From an uncultured Pseudomonadales bacterium (GTDB lineage Bacteria; Patescibacteriota; Microgenomatia; UBA1400; PJMF01), in the NCBI GenBank assembly GCA_964393205.1, contig CAYMSV010000002.1, positions 28,078-92,077 on the forward strand: DNA of 64,000 bases, given 5' to 3'. Below, in pieces: positions 1-10,191 of this stretch (the stretch's first letter is position 1; each line of letters begins with the position of its first letter). The notes under the pieces were generated by a model. The model had not been told where the DNA came from. It did not search any database and saw only the letters and a program-made list of their open reading frames with translations. Both the position numbers and the translations under genes were made by a program.

Positions 1-281
1 ACCACACTATGTTCTGCCAAATTATGACCTTCTCCTGGAATATAAGCTGTCACTTCAACCTTATTTGACAAACGCACCCTTGCTACTTTTCGCAAAGCTG
101 AGTTAGGCTTTTTTGGCGTCATGGTTTTAACAACAGTACACACACCTCGTTTTTGAGGATTAGTTGTTTTAGTTGGACGGTTAGTGTTTGAATTGAAACT
201 GCGACGCAGTGCTGTAGCTTTAACACGTTTAGTTCTCTTCTTTCTTCCGCCTTTTCTGATTAGTTGATTAATGGTTGGCAT
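1..281 (-). CDS. rpsL: 30S ribosomal protein S12 (5' part; runs off the window start)
   Basis: Hand translation from ATG at 281: [14 protein letters not shown]...[53 protein letters not shown], the S12 signature. Not in the ORF track because it is truncated. Confidence 0.97.
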   Translation of the reverse strand, partial: MPTINQLIRKGGRKKRTKRVKATALRRSFNSNTNRPTKTTNPQKRGVCTVVKTMTPKKPNSALRKVARVRLSNKVEVTAYIPGEGHNLAEHSV

Positions 282-350
282 AAATATTTTTATTTTCTAT
301 AACTTGAAGGGCAATTTTAACATAAGAGTTAAAGATTATCCAGATTGTTT

Positions 351-3300
351 CTAGTCTAATCGCGCCCTTTCTTCACTAGTAGGAATTAATCGTCCAATGA
401 TGACATTTTCTTTCAAACCCTTTAAGTAATCAATTGATCCCTCAGCAGCAGCATCGGTTAAAACATGCTTTGTATGTTGGAAAGAAGCCGCTGATAACCA
501 AGAGTCGGTAAACAAAGAAGAACGAGTGATGCCCAATAAAAGTACTCTTGCAGTGGCGGGGTCACCACCAGCTGCCATGGCATCTTCATTTGCATCAACA
601 AAACGACTGCGTTCCACTACTTCACCAACCAAGAAATCTGTGTCTCCTGGCATATCAATCTGCAATTTATCACCCATTTTTCTGGCTATAACCTCAAAAT
701 GCTTATCATTAATGGTAATACCTTGAGATTCATAAACTGCCTGAACTTGATCCACTATATATTGTTGGGTGGCCAATAATCCAGAAAGTTGCAATAATTC
801 TTGGATATTAATTCCACCAGCTGTCAAAGCTTGTCCTGTGGAAACCAATTCTTTATCTGATACTTTAAGAGTGACAGAATTGGAGAAGGTGTAACTTTCT
901 TCTTCCCCATTATCACCTTTGATGGTGACTTCTTGATCATTTTCTTTTTGCTTAATTCTAACTTTACCAGGAAAATGAGCAATAATTGCTTGAAGTTTTG
1001 GATTACGAGCTTCTAATAACTCTTCAACACGAGGTAAACCCTGAGTCACGTCTAAACCAACAATACCACCGGAGTGCTTAACCCGCATTGTCAATTGTGT
1101 ACCAGGCTCTCCAATTGATTGAGCTGCTAGTACTCCAACTGGAACACCAATTTTCACCACACTACGGTTAGAAAAATCCCAACCATAACATTTAGCACAT
1201 AAGCCATGTTTTGAACGACAAGTGAGGGCGGATTTTACCCAAACCGAATCAATAGCACTTTGATCTATTTTTTCAGCTAAATCTGGAGTGATTAATTCAC
1301 CGGCTTTCAATAAAATTTTATTTCCCTCTTTAACATCCTTGTTCACATATCGACCAATAATTCTAGCCATAAACACATCTTTTCTTGGCAACCTAACAAT
1401 CTCAATTCCCTCTTCGGTGCCACAATCTTCAGAACGAATAATGGCATCATGAGATACATCAACAAGTCGACGTGTCAAATAACCAGCATCAGCAGTTTTA
1501 ATAGCCGAGTCAGTTAAACCTTTTCTAGAACCACGAGCTGAAGTAACATATTCAAAAATACTTAAACCCTGCCTAAAATTAGACTTGGTAGGCATTTCTA
1601 CAATATTACCCAAAGGATCAACCACTAAACCACGCATTGCTGCTAATTGTTTTACTTGATCTTTAGAGGCACGAGTACCACCAGAATCAATAATGGTTTT
1701 AACACTATTGCTATCGTCATAAGTGGCCCAAGTTTTCTCTGCTAATTCTTCTGTAGTCTTAACCCAAACATCTAGTGATTGACGACGACGTTCTTCATCA
1801 GCAATTAGACCTTGCATATAATAGTCTTGAATTTTTTCTACTGCCTTGTTAGCCTTATCCACAATTTGATCTTTTTCTTCGATCATTCCACAATCACTTA
1901 CACCTACTGATAAACCAGATTTAGTAGCTGCTTTAAAACCCAGATCTTTGATATCATCAATCATGGTGGCTACAACAGATTCTGGTTCAGTTTCAATAGC
2001 TTTAGTCACAATTTTTTTGATTTTTTTAGAATCAACATTTTCATTGATAAAGCGTAAGCTCACAGGTAAGACGCTGTTAAATAATAGACGTCCAACAGTA
2101 GTTTCAACCAACTGAGTTTCGCCTTTAATCTTAAGTTTAACCTTGATCTTTTGACGAAGTGATAAACGACCTATTTGATAAAGATGATAAGCTTCATTCT
2201 TGCTACTTAAAATAGCAGGAAAATCTTCTAAATTATCATCAAAAGCAGTGTAATAATAAACACCCATGGCCATTTCTTTATTTGGTAAAGTAACTGGTTC
2301 ACCGTTTGCTGGTTTAAGCAAATTATGATCAGCCATCATTAACTCAATAGCTTCTTTTTGAGCTTCTTTGGTTAGGGGGACATGAACAGCCATTTGGTCG
2401 CCATCAAAGTCAGCATTGTAACCAGCACAGACACAAGGGTGAAGTGAAATTGCACTACCCTCAATCAAAACTGGGAAAAAGGCCTGAATACCAAGCTTAT
2501 GTAGCGTTGGAGCTCGGTTTAATAAAACCGGGTGATTTTCAATTACTTTTTCTAAAACTGCATAAACGTCTGCTTCTCGACGATCTACTAAGTGACGAGC
2601 ACTTTTTACATTTGGAGCAATACCTCGAACAATTAATTCTCGTAAAACGTAAGGTTTAAACATTTCTAATGCCATATCCTTAGGTAAACCACATTGATTA
2701 AGCTTTAATTCTGGACCAACAATAATTACACTACGTCCAGAGTAGTCAACTCTTTTGCCCAATAAATTTTGGCGGAAACGACCAGTTTTACCACGCAACA
2801 TCTCGGAGAGTGAGCGTAGTGGTCGACGGTTGGAACGACGGCGAGTTTGCTTGGCTTGAGAACTATCAATTAAAGAATCAACAGCCTCCTGCAACATACG
2901 TTTTTCATTACGTAAAATAATTTCTGGAGCACCCAAATTAATTAAGTGAGCCAAACGATTATTGCGGTTAATCACTCGACGATATAAGTCATTTAAATCA
3001 GAAGCAGCAAAACGGCCACCTGATAATTGAACCATTGGTCTTAGATCTGGAGGTAAAACAGGTAAAATAGATAAAAACATCCAGCTTGGACTAATTTCAG
3101 ATTTTTTTAAACCTTCAAAAACTCGTAAGCGTTTAATAATTTTAGTTTTTTTAGCCCCTTTGCTCTCAACCAAATCATCACGCAAAGAAACAATTTCTTT
3201 ATCAAGATCTATCTCTTTAACTAACTCTAAAATGGCTTCTGCTCCCATCCCCACTCTTAAGTGTGAGTTAGCATTATATTCATCGAGTTTTAAGTATTCA

Positions 3301-4070
3301 TCTTCTGTTAAAACTACTTTTTTCTTTATTTTTTTAACCATTTGTTTAATGGTTTTATAAATTTCTTCAGTTTGCTCAGTTTGTACCTCTAATTGTTGTT
3401 TAGCTGCCACAATTTTATTTTTAGTCTTCAAATCCAGCTCAGTTAATTTAAGTTGTAGAGTTTCCTTGCTTTTAACTTTATCTTTTAAAGCCTGAGTTTC
3501 ATTTTTAAAATCTTCCTTAATTTTTAAAATTGCTTGTTCAGTGCTATCTTTAAGCTCATCTATAGCTGCTACACTGTCAACTTCTAATTGTTGTAAAACA
3601 GCTTTCTTTTCCTCACTATCAACTCCCAAAACAATATACTGGGAAAAATACATAATAGAATTTAGATTACGAGGTGAAAGATTTAACAAAAGAGATAACT
3701 TTGAAGGAGCTCCCTTAAAGAACCAAATATGAGCAACAGGAGCGGCCAATTGAATGTGCCCCATTCTTTCACGACGCACTCTTGATTCAGTTACTTCTAC
3801 ACCACACTTGTCACAAATAATTCCTTTGTAACGGATGCGTTTGTATTTACCACAATGACACTCATAATCTTTAACTGGTCCAAAGATTTTCTCATCAAAT
3901 AAGCCATCTTTTTCTGGTTTAAGTGATCGATAATTAATGGTTTCTGGCTTTTTGACTTCACCATAAGACCAATCTTTAATTTCTTCAGAGGAAGCAATTT
4001 TAATTTGCAGAGCACTAAAATCAATAATGTCTTTAGTTTTTTTGACAGGCTGGTTAAAAAATTTTGGCAT
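351..4070 (-). CDS. rpoC: DNA-directed RNA polymerase beta' subunit
   Basis: [12 protein letters not shown] catalytic motif, N-terminal zinc finger (CHCGKY...CDKC), [24 protein letters not shown]. Confidence 0.99.
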   Translation of the reverse strand: MPKFFNQPVKKTKDIIDFSALQIKIASSEEIKDWSYGEVKKPETINYRSLKPEKDGLFDEKIFGPVKDYECHCGKYKRIRYKGIICDKCGVEVTESRVRRERMGHIQLAAPVAHIWFFKGAPSKLSLLLNLSPRNLNSIMYFSQYIVLGVDSEEKKAVLQQLEVDSVAAIDELKDSTEQAILKIKEDFKNETQALKDKVKSKETLQLKLTELDLKTKNKIVAAKQQLEVQTEQTEEIYKTIKQMVKKIKKKVVLTEDEYLKLDEYNANSHLRVGMGAEAILELVKEIDLDKEIVSLRDDLVESKGAKKTKIIKRLRVFEGLKKSEISPSWMFLSILPVLPPDLRPMVQLSGGRFAASDLNDLYRRVINRNNRLAHLINLGAPEIILRNEKRMLQEAVDSLIDSSQAKQTRRRSNRRPLRSLSEMLRGKTGRFRQNLLGKRVDYSGRSVIIVGPELKLNQCGLPKDMALEMFKPYVLRELIVRGIAPNVKSARHLVDRREADVYAVLEKVIENHPVLLNRAPTLHKLGIQAFFPVLIEGSAISLHPCVCAGYNADFDGDQMAVHVPLTKEAQKEAIELMMADHNLLKPANGEPVTLPNKEMAMGVYYYTAFDDNLEDFPAILSSKNEAYHLYQIGRLSLRQKIKVKLKIKGETQLVETTVGRLLFNSVLPVSLRFINENVDSKKIKKIVTKAIETEPESVVATMIDDIKDLGFKAATKSGLSVGVSDCGMIEEKDQIVDKANKAVEKIQDYYMQGLIADEERRRQSLDVWVKTTEELAEKTWATYDDSNSVKTIIDSGGTRASKDQVKQLAAMRGLVVDPLGNIVEMPTKSNFRQGLSIFEYVTSARGSRKGLTDSAIKTADAGYLTRRLVDVSHDAIIRSEDCGTEEGIEIVRLPRKDVFMARIIGRYVNKDVKEGNKILLKAGELITPDLAEKIDQSAIDSVWVKSALTCRSKHGLCAKCYGWDFSNRSVVKIGVPVGVLAAQSIGEPGTQLTMRVKHSGGIVGLDVTQGLPRVEELLEARNPKLQAIIAHFPGKVRIKQKENDQEVTIKGDNGEEESYTFSNSVTLKVSDKELVSTGQALTAGGINIQELLQLSGLLATQQYIVDQVQAVYESQGITINDKHFEVIARKMGDKLQIDMPGDTDFLVGEVVERSRFVDANEDAMAAGGDPATARVLLLGITRSSLFTDSWLSAASFQHTKHVLTDAAAEGSIDYLKGLKENVIIGRLIPTSEERARLD

Positions 4071-4107
4071 AAGTTTTTCTGATTATTCTTACTAAGAAAT
4101 TTAGTTT

Positions 4108-7100
4108 TTAATCTTCGTCCTTTCCTTCTTCTTCAATTGTTGCTTCATCCTCTTCTGCTAGATCATCTTCTTCATCTTCGTCTGCTTGATCTATGTTTTC
4201 TTCATCTGGTTCCTCATCACCAATCTCATCTTCTTCTTTATCAGCTGTTTTTTCAGAATCTAGGTCTTCTAAGATTAATAACTCTTCCTGATCTTTTTCA
4301 GCAGTTGGTTCTTCATCGCTAAGTACTACTTCTTCGAGTGGATCAATATTTAATGCTAAAGAATTTAATTCTTTACATAAAACCTTAAATGATTCTGGAA
4401 CTGTAGGAGCTGGAATTTCTTCACCTTTAACAATAGCTTCGAAAGCTTTAGCTCTCCCTCGTACATCATCTGACTTAATGGTCAACATTTCTTGCAAGAC
4501 ATAAGCAGCTCGATGTGCTTCTAGTGCCCAAACTTCCATTTCACCCATTCTTTGACCACCCATTTGAGCTTTACCTCCTAATGGCTGTTGCGTCACTAGT
4601 GAATAAGGACCAGTTGAACGAGCATGAGTTTTATCCTCAACCATGTGACTAAGTTTCAAAATGTAGTTAATTCCAACTACCGATTTTTCATGGTAAGGTT
4701 CACCAGTTAAACCGTCATAAAGCTGAGCTTTACCAGATACAGGTAAACCCGCTTTTTCTAATTCTTGCCAAATTTTATCTTCATCAAATACCTCAAAAGC
4801 TGGTGTAGCTACACTGTAACCCAATTTGTCTGCAGCCCAGCCTAAATGAGCTTCTAACAATTGACCAAGATTCATACGAGCCAAAACTGATAAAGGAGAA
4901 ACAATAATGTCTACTGGAGTTCCATCTTCTAAATGAGGCATATCAGCCTGTGGCACTATTTTAGAAATTACACCTTTATTACCATGACGACCAGCCAATT
5001 TATCTCCTACCACAATCTTTCGTAACTGAGCAACCTTCACTATCACTTCCTTAATTGTGCCTGGATCTAATTCATCACCTAAGTCACGATCTAAAATTTG
5101 CACATCAATTACCGTTCCTTCATCACCATGAGGCATACGTAGTGAAGTATCTCTAATTTCTTTAGATTTTTCACCAAAAATAGCTCTTAATAAACGCTCC
5201 TCAGGAGAAAGTTCTGTTTCACCTTTAGGAGCAACTTTACCAACCAAGATGTCTCCAGATTTAACGTGACTACCAACCTGGATAATTCCATCAATGTTTA
5301 AATTAGCCAAAAAGGTTTCGCTCACGTTTGGAATATCGTTGGTCAATTCTTCAGGACCCAAACGAGTATCCATAACTTTTGCTTTATGTTCACTAATTTG
5401 AATCGAACTCAAAGTATCTTCTTTTACTAATCGATCAGAAATGACAATAGCGTCCTCGTAACCCAAACCATTATATAAAGTATAAGCTATTAAAAGATTT
5501 GTACCCAAAGCCAGCTCTCCTTTATCAGTGGCTGGACCATCAATTAGTACATCACCTTTTTTCAGTTTATCTCCAACTTTAACCTCTGGAGTCTGATTGT
5601 AACAAGTGCTTTGAGCAGTACGAGCAAATTTATTTAAGGTATAAACAAGAGTACCTTGCTGATAACTAATGTGCTCATTTTTGTTTGTTTCTACCCAATT
5701 TTTTGCCTTATCATAGTGCTTGGGATCAATTTTTAAAATTATTTGACTAGCGTCAACACTCTGAACTTCCCCAGGAAATTCTGCTAATACTGTCCAACCC
5801 ATAGCTGAAGCTATTTCTTTTTCCATACCTGTGCCAATCACTGGGGCCTGAGTTTTAAGCAAAGGAACCGCCTGACACTGCATGTGAGAACCCATTAAAG
5901 CTCGATTAGCTTCATCATGAGCAATAAAAGGAATAAGTGAAGCACTGCTGCCCACCACTTGACGAGGTACCACATCAATATACTCAACTTTTTTCACCGA
6001 ACCTTCAATAAATTCATTGGCATGACGCATTGCTACCCAATCCTGAGTAATATATCCTTTGTCATCAATTTCCACGCCAGCATGAGTAATATGATAATCT
6101 TCTTCTTCATCAGCACTGAGATAAACAATTTCATCAGTAACTTTCATTTTTCCTCTAAAATCAATTACCTTGAGGTAAGGAGCTTCCAAAAATCCATATT
6201 TATTAACCCTGGTGTAAAGTGCTAAATAAGTAACCAAACCAATATTTGGTCCTTCTGGAGAACGAATTGGACAAATTCTAGAATATTGAGAAGCATTAAT
6301 ATCACGCATAGAAAATGATGCACGATCACGAGTAACTCCCCCTGTTCCCATCACTGATAAACGACGTAAATTGTCAATTTCTGATAGAGGATTTGTTTGA
6401 TCTAAAATAGTTGATAAACGATTACGACGGAAGAACTCAGCAATCGAAGCAATCAAAGGTCGAGCATTTACTAAAGCTGAAGGAGTTAAAACTTCATCGG
6501 TTTTAGTCAAAGACATTTTTTCACGAATTGAACGCTCTAAACGAATTAAGCCAATACGAAAAGCGCTAATTAAAACTAGCTCTCCAACTTGGCGCACTCG
6601 ACGATTTGATAAATGATCAATGCCGTCAACTTTTCCTTCTCCATTTTGTAACTTTATCAAATATTTGATGCTGGCTAAAACATCATCTTTGGCTAAAACT
6701 GTCAACTTCTCATCTAAGCTAATGCCTAAACGACGATTCATTTTATAACGACCAACCTCACCCAAGTCATAGCGACGTGGATTAAAAAACATATTTTTCA
6801 AAAATTCGCGAGCAGTTTCTAGCACTGCCGGTTCACCGGGTCGCATTTTTTCATAAAGTTCAATCAAAGCTTCCGCTTGATTGGTGGTTGAGTCTTTTCT
6901 TAAAGTATTATTAATGAGATCTAATTTGTCTTTTTCTAAGACCTCACCTAAAGCGTTGGCTATATCCTCATTAGTTTCCCAACCCAGAGCTCTCAATAGC
7001 ACGGTAGCTGGCATTTTGCGTCGACGGTCAATTTTAATTGTTAAAATATGGCGACGACTAACATTAATCTCTAGCCAAGAACCACGCATAGGTCGCAGTT

Positions 7101-7575
7101 CTGCTTTATAAAGTAATTCCTTAGAACTCTGATCTTCTTCTCCTGAAAAAAATACTCCTGGTGAACGCACTAATTGTGTAACAATGCCTCGCTCTATACC
7201 ATTAATAACAAAAGTTCCAGTATTGGTCATCGCTGGAATATCACCTAAAAATACTTCTTGAGTTCTTTCTTCACCAGTCTTTTTGTTTAAAAGTGTTGCT
7301 TCAACATAGAGTGGTTGATCATAAGAAACACTTTTGGTTTTAGCTTCAGTAGGAGTATATTTAGCTTGACCAAAACGATATTGACCAAATTTTAAAGACC
7401 AGTTTTTACCGGTAAAATCTTCAATGCCTTTGTCAGAATTAATTTCTTTCAATGATTCTTTAATACCATTATTCAAAAAATCTTGATAGCTATTGATTTG
7501 TAATTCAATTAAATCCAGTTTGGGTAAAACCTGATGATTTTGCCCCCAGTTCTGACGATTCATTGTTTGTGGCAT
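4108..7575 (-). CDS. rpoB: DNA-directed RNA polymerase beta subunit
   Basis: GDKLAGRHGNKG, HARSTGPYSLVTQQPLGGKAQMGGQRMGEMEVWALEA; acidic C-terminal tail. Confidence 0.99.
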   Translation of the reverse strand: MPQTMNRQNWGQNHQVLPKLDLIELQINSYQDFLNNGIKESLKEINSDKGIEDFTGKNWSLKFGQYRFGQAKYTPTEAKTKSVSYDQPLYVEATLLNKKTGEERTQEVFLGDIPAMTNTGTFVINGIERGIVTQLVRSPGVFFSGEEDQSSKELLYKAELRPMRGSWLEINVSRRHILTIKIDRRRKMPATVLLRALGWETNEDIANALGEVLEKDKLDLINNTLRKDSTTNQAEALIELYEKMRPGEPAVLETAREFLKNMFFNPRRYDLGEVGRYKMNRRLGISLDEKLTVLAKDDVLASIKYLIKLQNGEGKVDGIDHLSNRRVRQVGELVLISAFRIGLIRLERSIREKMSLTKTDEVLTPSALVNARPLIASIAEFFRRNRLSTILDQTNPLSEIDNLRRLSVMGTGGVTRDRASFSMRDINASQYSRICPIRSPEGPNIGLVTYLALYTRVNKYGFLEAPYLKVIDFRGKMKVTDEIVYLSADEEEDYHITHAGVEIDDKGYITQDWVAMRHANEFIEGSVKKVEYIDVVPRQVVGSSASLIPFIAHDEANRALMGSHMQCQAVPLLKTQAPVIGTGMEKEIASAMGWTVLAEFPGEVQSVDASQIILKIDPKHYDKAKNWVETNKNEHISYQQGTLVYTLNKFARTAQSTCYNQTPEVKVGDKLKKGDVLIDGPATDKGELALGTNLLIAYTLYNGLGYEDAIVISDRLVKEDTLSSIQISEHKAKVMDTRLGPEELTNDIPNVSETFLANLNIDGIIQVGSHVKSGDILVGKVAPKGETELSPEERLLRAIFGEKSKEIRDTSLRMPHGDEGTVIDVQILDRDLGDELDPGTIKEVIVKVAQLRKIVVGDKLAGRHGNKGVISKIVPQADMPHLEDGTPVDIIVSPLSVLARMNLGQLLEAHLGWAADKLGYSVATPAFEVFDEDKIWQELEKAGLPVSGKAQLYDGLTGEPYHEKSVVGINYILKLSHMVEDKTHARSTGPYSLVTQQPLGGKAQMGGQRMGEMEVWALEAHRAAYVLQEMLTIKSDDVRGRAKAFEAIVKGEEIPAPTVPESFKVLCKELNSLALNIDPLEEVVLSDEEPTAEKDQEELLILEDLDSEKTADKEEDEIGDEEPDEENIDQADEDEEDDLAEEDEATIEEEGKDED

Positions 7576-7646
7576 GAAGATCCTTGCTAATTTTTTTATT
7601 TATTTAATTAATTTTTATTCAGATGTGTTAATTTAAGAGCAATAGT

Positions 7647-7681
7647 AAAAAACACAGCCAAGATTCTGATTACTTGCTGTG
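7647..7681 (-). terminator. Intrinsic terminator-like hairpin in the rpoB leader (possible attenuator)
   Basis: Minus strand CACAG-CAAG...CTTG-G-CTGTG followed by TTTTTT, between the TGTTACAAT promoter (7788-7796) and the rpoB ATG (7575). Confidence 0.5.
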
Positions 7682-7787
7682 GTGAATTTAATTAGTTTTT
7701 TTGTTGTGTTCTTAGAACAAAGTTCACAAATTAATTCTGCTACTTGCTATTGTTTCGGGCTAAAAGTCTCTTTTTAGACAATCGCAC

Positions 7788-7796
7788 ATTGTAACA
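7788..7796 (-). promoter_or_regulatory. Extended -10 promoter upstream of rpoB
   Basis: TGTTACAAT on the minus strand matches TGnTAnnnT. Confidence 0.55.
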
Positions 7797-7807
7797 GTAA
7801 ATCAAGA

Positions 7808-8803
7808 TCAACGCAAGTATTGATTTACATTAGCATTATGAACTTCAAGAGTGTTAGCTGTATGGATCTTCCCAGATAAGTCATGAATGTAATAAAAGGC
7901 GCTGGTTGACTGAGGATTAAGCACAGCTCTAATTGCACTTAGACCAGGGTTACAAATTGGCGAAGGAGGTAAACCAACTTCCTGATAAGTATTAAAAGGA
8001 GAATCTAGGTTTTTGTCCACTGCCAAAGGAGTTGGCCACCAAGTTTGTTCAGCCGCGCTATAGCCCCTTATATATTGCAGAGTTGCATCAACCTGCAAAG
8101 GCATGCCAATATCTAAACGATTGAATAAAATACCAGCTATTAAAGGCATTTCAGCCTCACTAGCACTTTCCCTTTGCACCAATGACGCGAGAGTTAGTAC
8201 TTGCTTTAAACTTAATTCTTCATCTTCTAAATCATCCTCCAAAGCTAAAACAATTTTACTTTCAAAGGTATTTTGTAAAAGATTAAGCAAGGCTTGAGTA
8301 TCAATACTCTTTGATACTAGATAAGTATCTGGAAACAGTTGTCCCTCTAAACCACTACTTAGCTCTAAAAAAACTTGCTCATCAAAAGCATTTAAATCTT
8401 GCTTAGAAAGACTAGCTGCTATTTCCTCGCGCCGCCAACCCTCTGGTAAAGTAATCCATAAATCATCAGTCCCTCTGGTTAAAGCTTGTGCTAATTCCCA
8501 AACTGATAAACTAGGTGATAGCTTGAATGAACCAGCCTGAATTTTGCTTTGTAAGCCTCTTTGATAAACTATTACCCTAAAAGCTAAACTAGAACGGATC
8601 AAACCTGCTTGACGAAGCCGCTGAGCAATTTGTTGGGTTGATTGTCCCTTAGGAATAACAAATGTAACAGTCATTTGATTACTAGTATCTACTGGCCTCA
8701 ATAAAGAAATAGCGATTATAACAATTGAAATAAAAGCGATTAAAACAGGCAATAGAACTAGACTGAGAACTTTGGTTTTTTTGGGAGATTGAGAACTTGG
8801 CAT
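7808..8803 (-). CDS. mltG: Endolytic transglycosylase MltG (YceG family)
   Basis: N-terminal TM, ITLPEGW, LEGQLFPDTY, ASLVQRE (catalytic Glu), LQVDAT, SPFNTY, GLPPSPICNPG. Confidence 0.93.
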   Translation of the reverse strand: MPSSQSPKKTKVLSLVLLPVLIAFISIVIIAISLLRPVDTSNQMTVTFVIPKGQSTQQIAQRLRQAGLIRSSLAFRVIVYQRGLQSKIQAGSFKLSPSLSVWELAQALTRGTDDLWITLPEGWRREEIAASLSKQDLNAFDEQVFLELSSGLEGQLFPDTYLVSKSIDTQALLNLLQNTFESKIVLALEDDLEDEELSLKQVLTLASLVQRESASEAEMPLIAGILFNRLDIGMPLQVDATLQYIRGYSAAEQTWWPTPLAVDKNLDSPFNTYQEVGLPPSPICNPGLSAIRAVLNPQSTSAFYYIHDLSGKIHTANTLEVHNANVNQYLR

Positions 8804-8816
8804 GGAGAAACCTAGT

Positions 8817-9218
8817 CTAGCATAAATCTAAGTAGTTTTCGAGAATAAGTGCAGCAGCATAGTGATCAATAGCTTGACGTCTAATTTTCTTTGGTAATTC
8901 TCTAAGTCTCTGCTCAACTTCATAAGAAGAGAGTGTTTCGTCTATCATAATAATTTCCAAATCTAACAGAGATTTTAAATGATTAAAAAATTCAATTGTT
9001 TTTTTTGCCATTTTAGATTCAGAAACTCCAATGACAATTTTTTCTACTTTCTCTTCTTGAATAATTGCTTGAATTTCCTTTAAAGCTTGAGGTCCAATAG
9101 GCAAATCATTATCAATTAAATCATTTTTTACCACTTTTAGTGGTTCAGCTAAACCAACAAAAGAAATAGCTAGACCAATTCTTGCTAAACCATAATCAAT
9201 TGCTAAAACTATTGGCAT
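8817..9218 (-). CDS. yqgF: YqgF/RuvX family RNase H-fold nuclease
   Basis: LAIDYGLARIGLA, IDETLSS, IDHYAAALIL motifs; located between alaS and mltG as in many bacteria. Confidence 0.9.
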   Translation of the reverse strand: MPIVLAIDYGLARIGLAISFVGLAEPLKVVKNDLIDNDLPIGPQALKEIQAIIQEEKVEKIVIGVSESKMAKKTIEFFNHLKSLLDLEIIMIDETLSSYEVEQRLRELPKKIRRQAIDHYAAALILENYLDLC

Positions 9219-9233
9219 TTCTAGTAGATTATA

Positions 9234-10190
9234 CTAGTCTTTTACTAATTGTGCTGTAATTATACCGCGGCGTAAAGTTGTACCCTCTGGGGTACAGGTA
9301 ACCAACTTTAACTGACGTACATCATATCGTTGAGCTAAAATAAAGGTATCGTCTGGTTTAACCTCTGTCTTGCTCTGCACAATATAAGTATATTTAACAT
9401 TGTCATGGGTTAAATATATTTTTTCCCCTCTTTCAAGCAACATTATCTTGCTAAAAATGGAAGCATAACGACGAGGATTATTTTCACTAGGATTATAAAA
9501 CTGGCGCAACACTGAGTGACCAAAAAGAACTGGTGCACCTAATTGCCCAGGTAAAGCAGTGCCGGGATAGTGAATTAAGCTTTGATTAAGATCTGTACCA
9601 CCCACTCTTACTTTAGCATTAATCACATTTAAACTAGGAATATCTAAAGTGTATTCAACGAATTGACTTTTATTTAACTCTGGTACTTCAAGATCACTGC
9701 TAAACCAATTACTTAAATCGGTGAAATCAAGTGCTTGATCTAAAATAACTGGGCCAAGATTAGCATTGTTATTTTCTTGCTCATCTTCAAAATCAACTCG
9801 TGCTTGAGCAGAAATAAGAGGTGTACTTAATAAGAGCTGGGAATGTGGAATTGGCGACAACAAAGCTAATTCTTCTTGTTTTTTCCAAGGCAAATAATAA
9901 TCTATTAATGGCCAAAGTGCAGATAAAGCCAAAATTAAACCAGTAACTATCAAGGCCAAAGGCAATAGAGTTGCTCCAACCCGAATTTTTTTTGGTAAGC
10001 GCTGCCAAAAACTTAATTTAATTTGTTTGTCTAAAACTTGCTCCTCTTTACGACTAACGGCATCCTGTCTTAAAAAATAATTAATTTTTTTATTTAAATC
10101 TTGGATCGCTACTCCATCTTTTAAAGCTTGGCGATAAAGCTTTAATAACTGTTTTTTTTGTAGAGTTGATTGAGAATTTTTCTTAGCCAT
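9234..10190 (-). CDS. Sortase (class D/E-like) with N-terminal cytoplasmic extension and one TM
   Basis: HYPGTALPG, FGHS (His), LKLVTC (Cys) and downstream Arg (TLRR) form the sortase catalytic triad. Confidence 0.88.
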   Translation of the reverse strand: MAKKNSQSTLQKKQLLKLYRQALKDGVAIQDLNKKINYFLRQDAVSRKEEQVLDKQIKLSFWQRLPKKIRVGATLLPLALIVTGLILALSALWPLIDYYLPWKKQEELALLSPIPHSQLLLSTPLISAQARVDFEDEQENNNANLGPVILDQALDFTDLSNWFSSDLEVPELNKSQFVEYTLDIPSLNVINAKVRVGGTDLNQSLIHYPGTALPGQLGAPVLFGHSVLRQFYNPSENNPRRYASIFSKIMLLERGEKIYLTHDNVKYTYIVQSKTEVKPDDTFILAQRYDVRQLKLVTCTPEGTTLRRGIITAQLVKD

Positions 10191-10191
10191 A

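Noticed and set aside
4108-4330. Repetitive TCTTCATC tract at the rpoB 3' end
   Set aside because: It simply encodes the Asp/Glu-rich RpoB tail and is not an independent repeat element.
7808-7810. Alternative genetic code (UGA = Gly, as in Gracilibacteria/SR1)
   Set aside because: TGA ends genes at their expected C-termini (mltG, SDR, glycosyltransferase), and long genes are intact under code 11.
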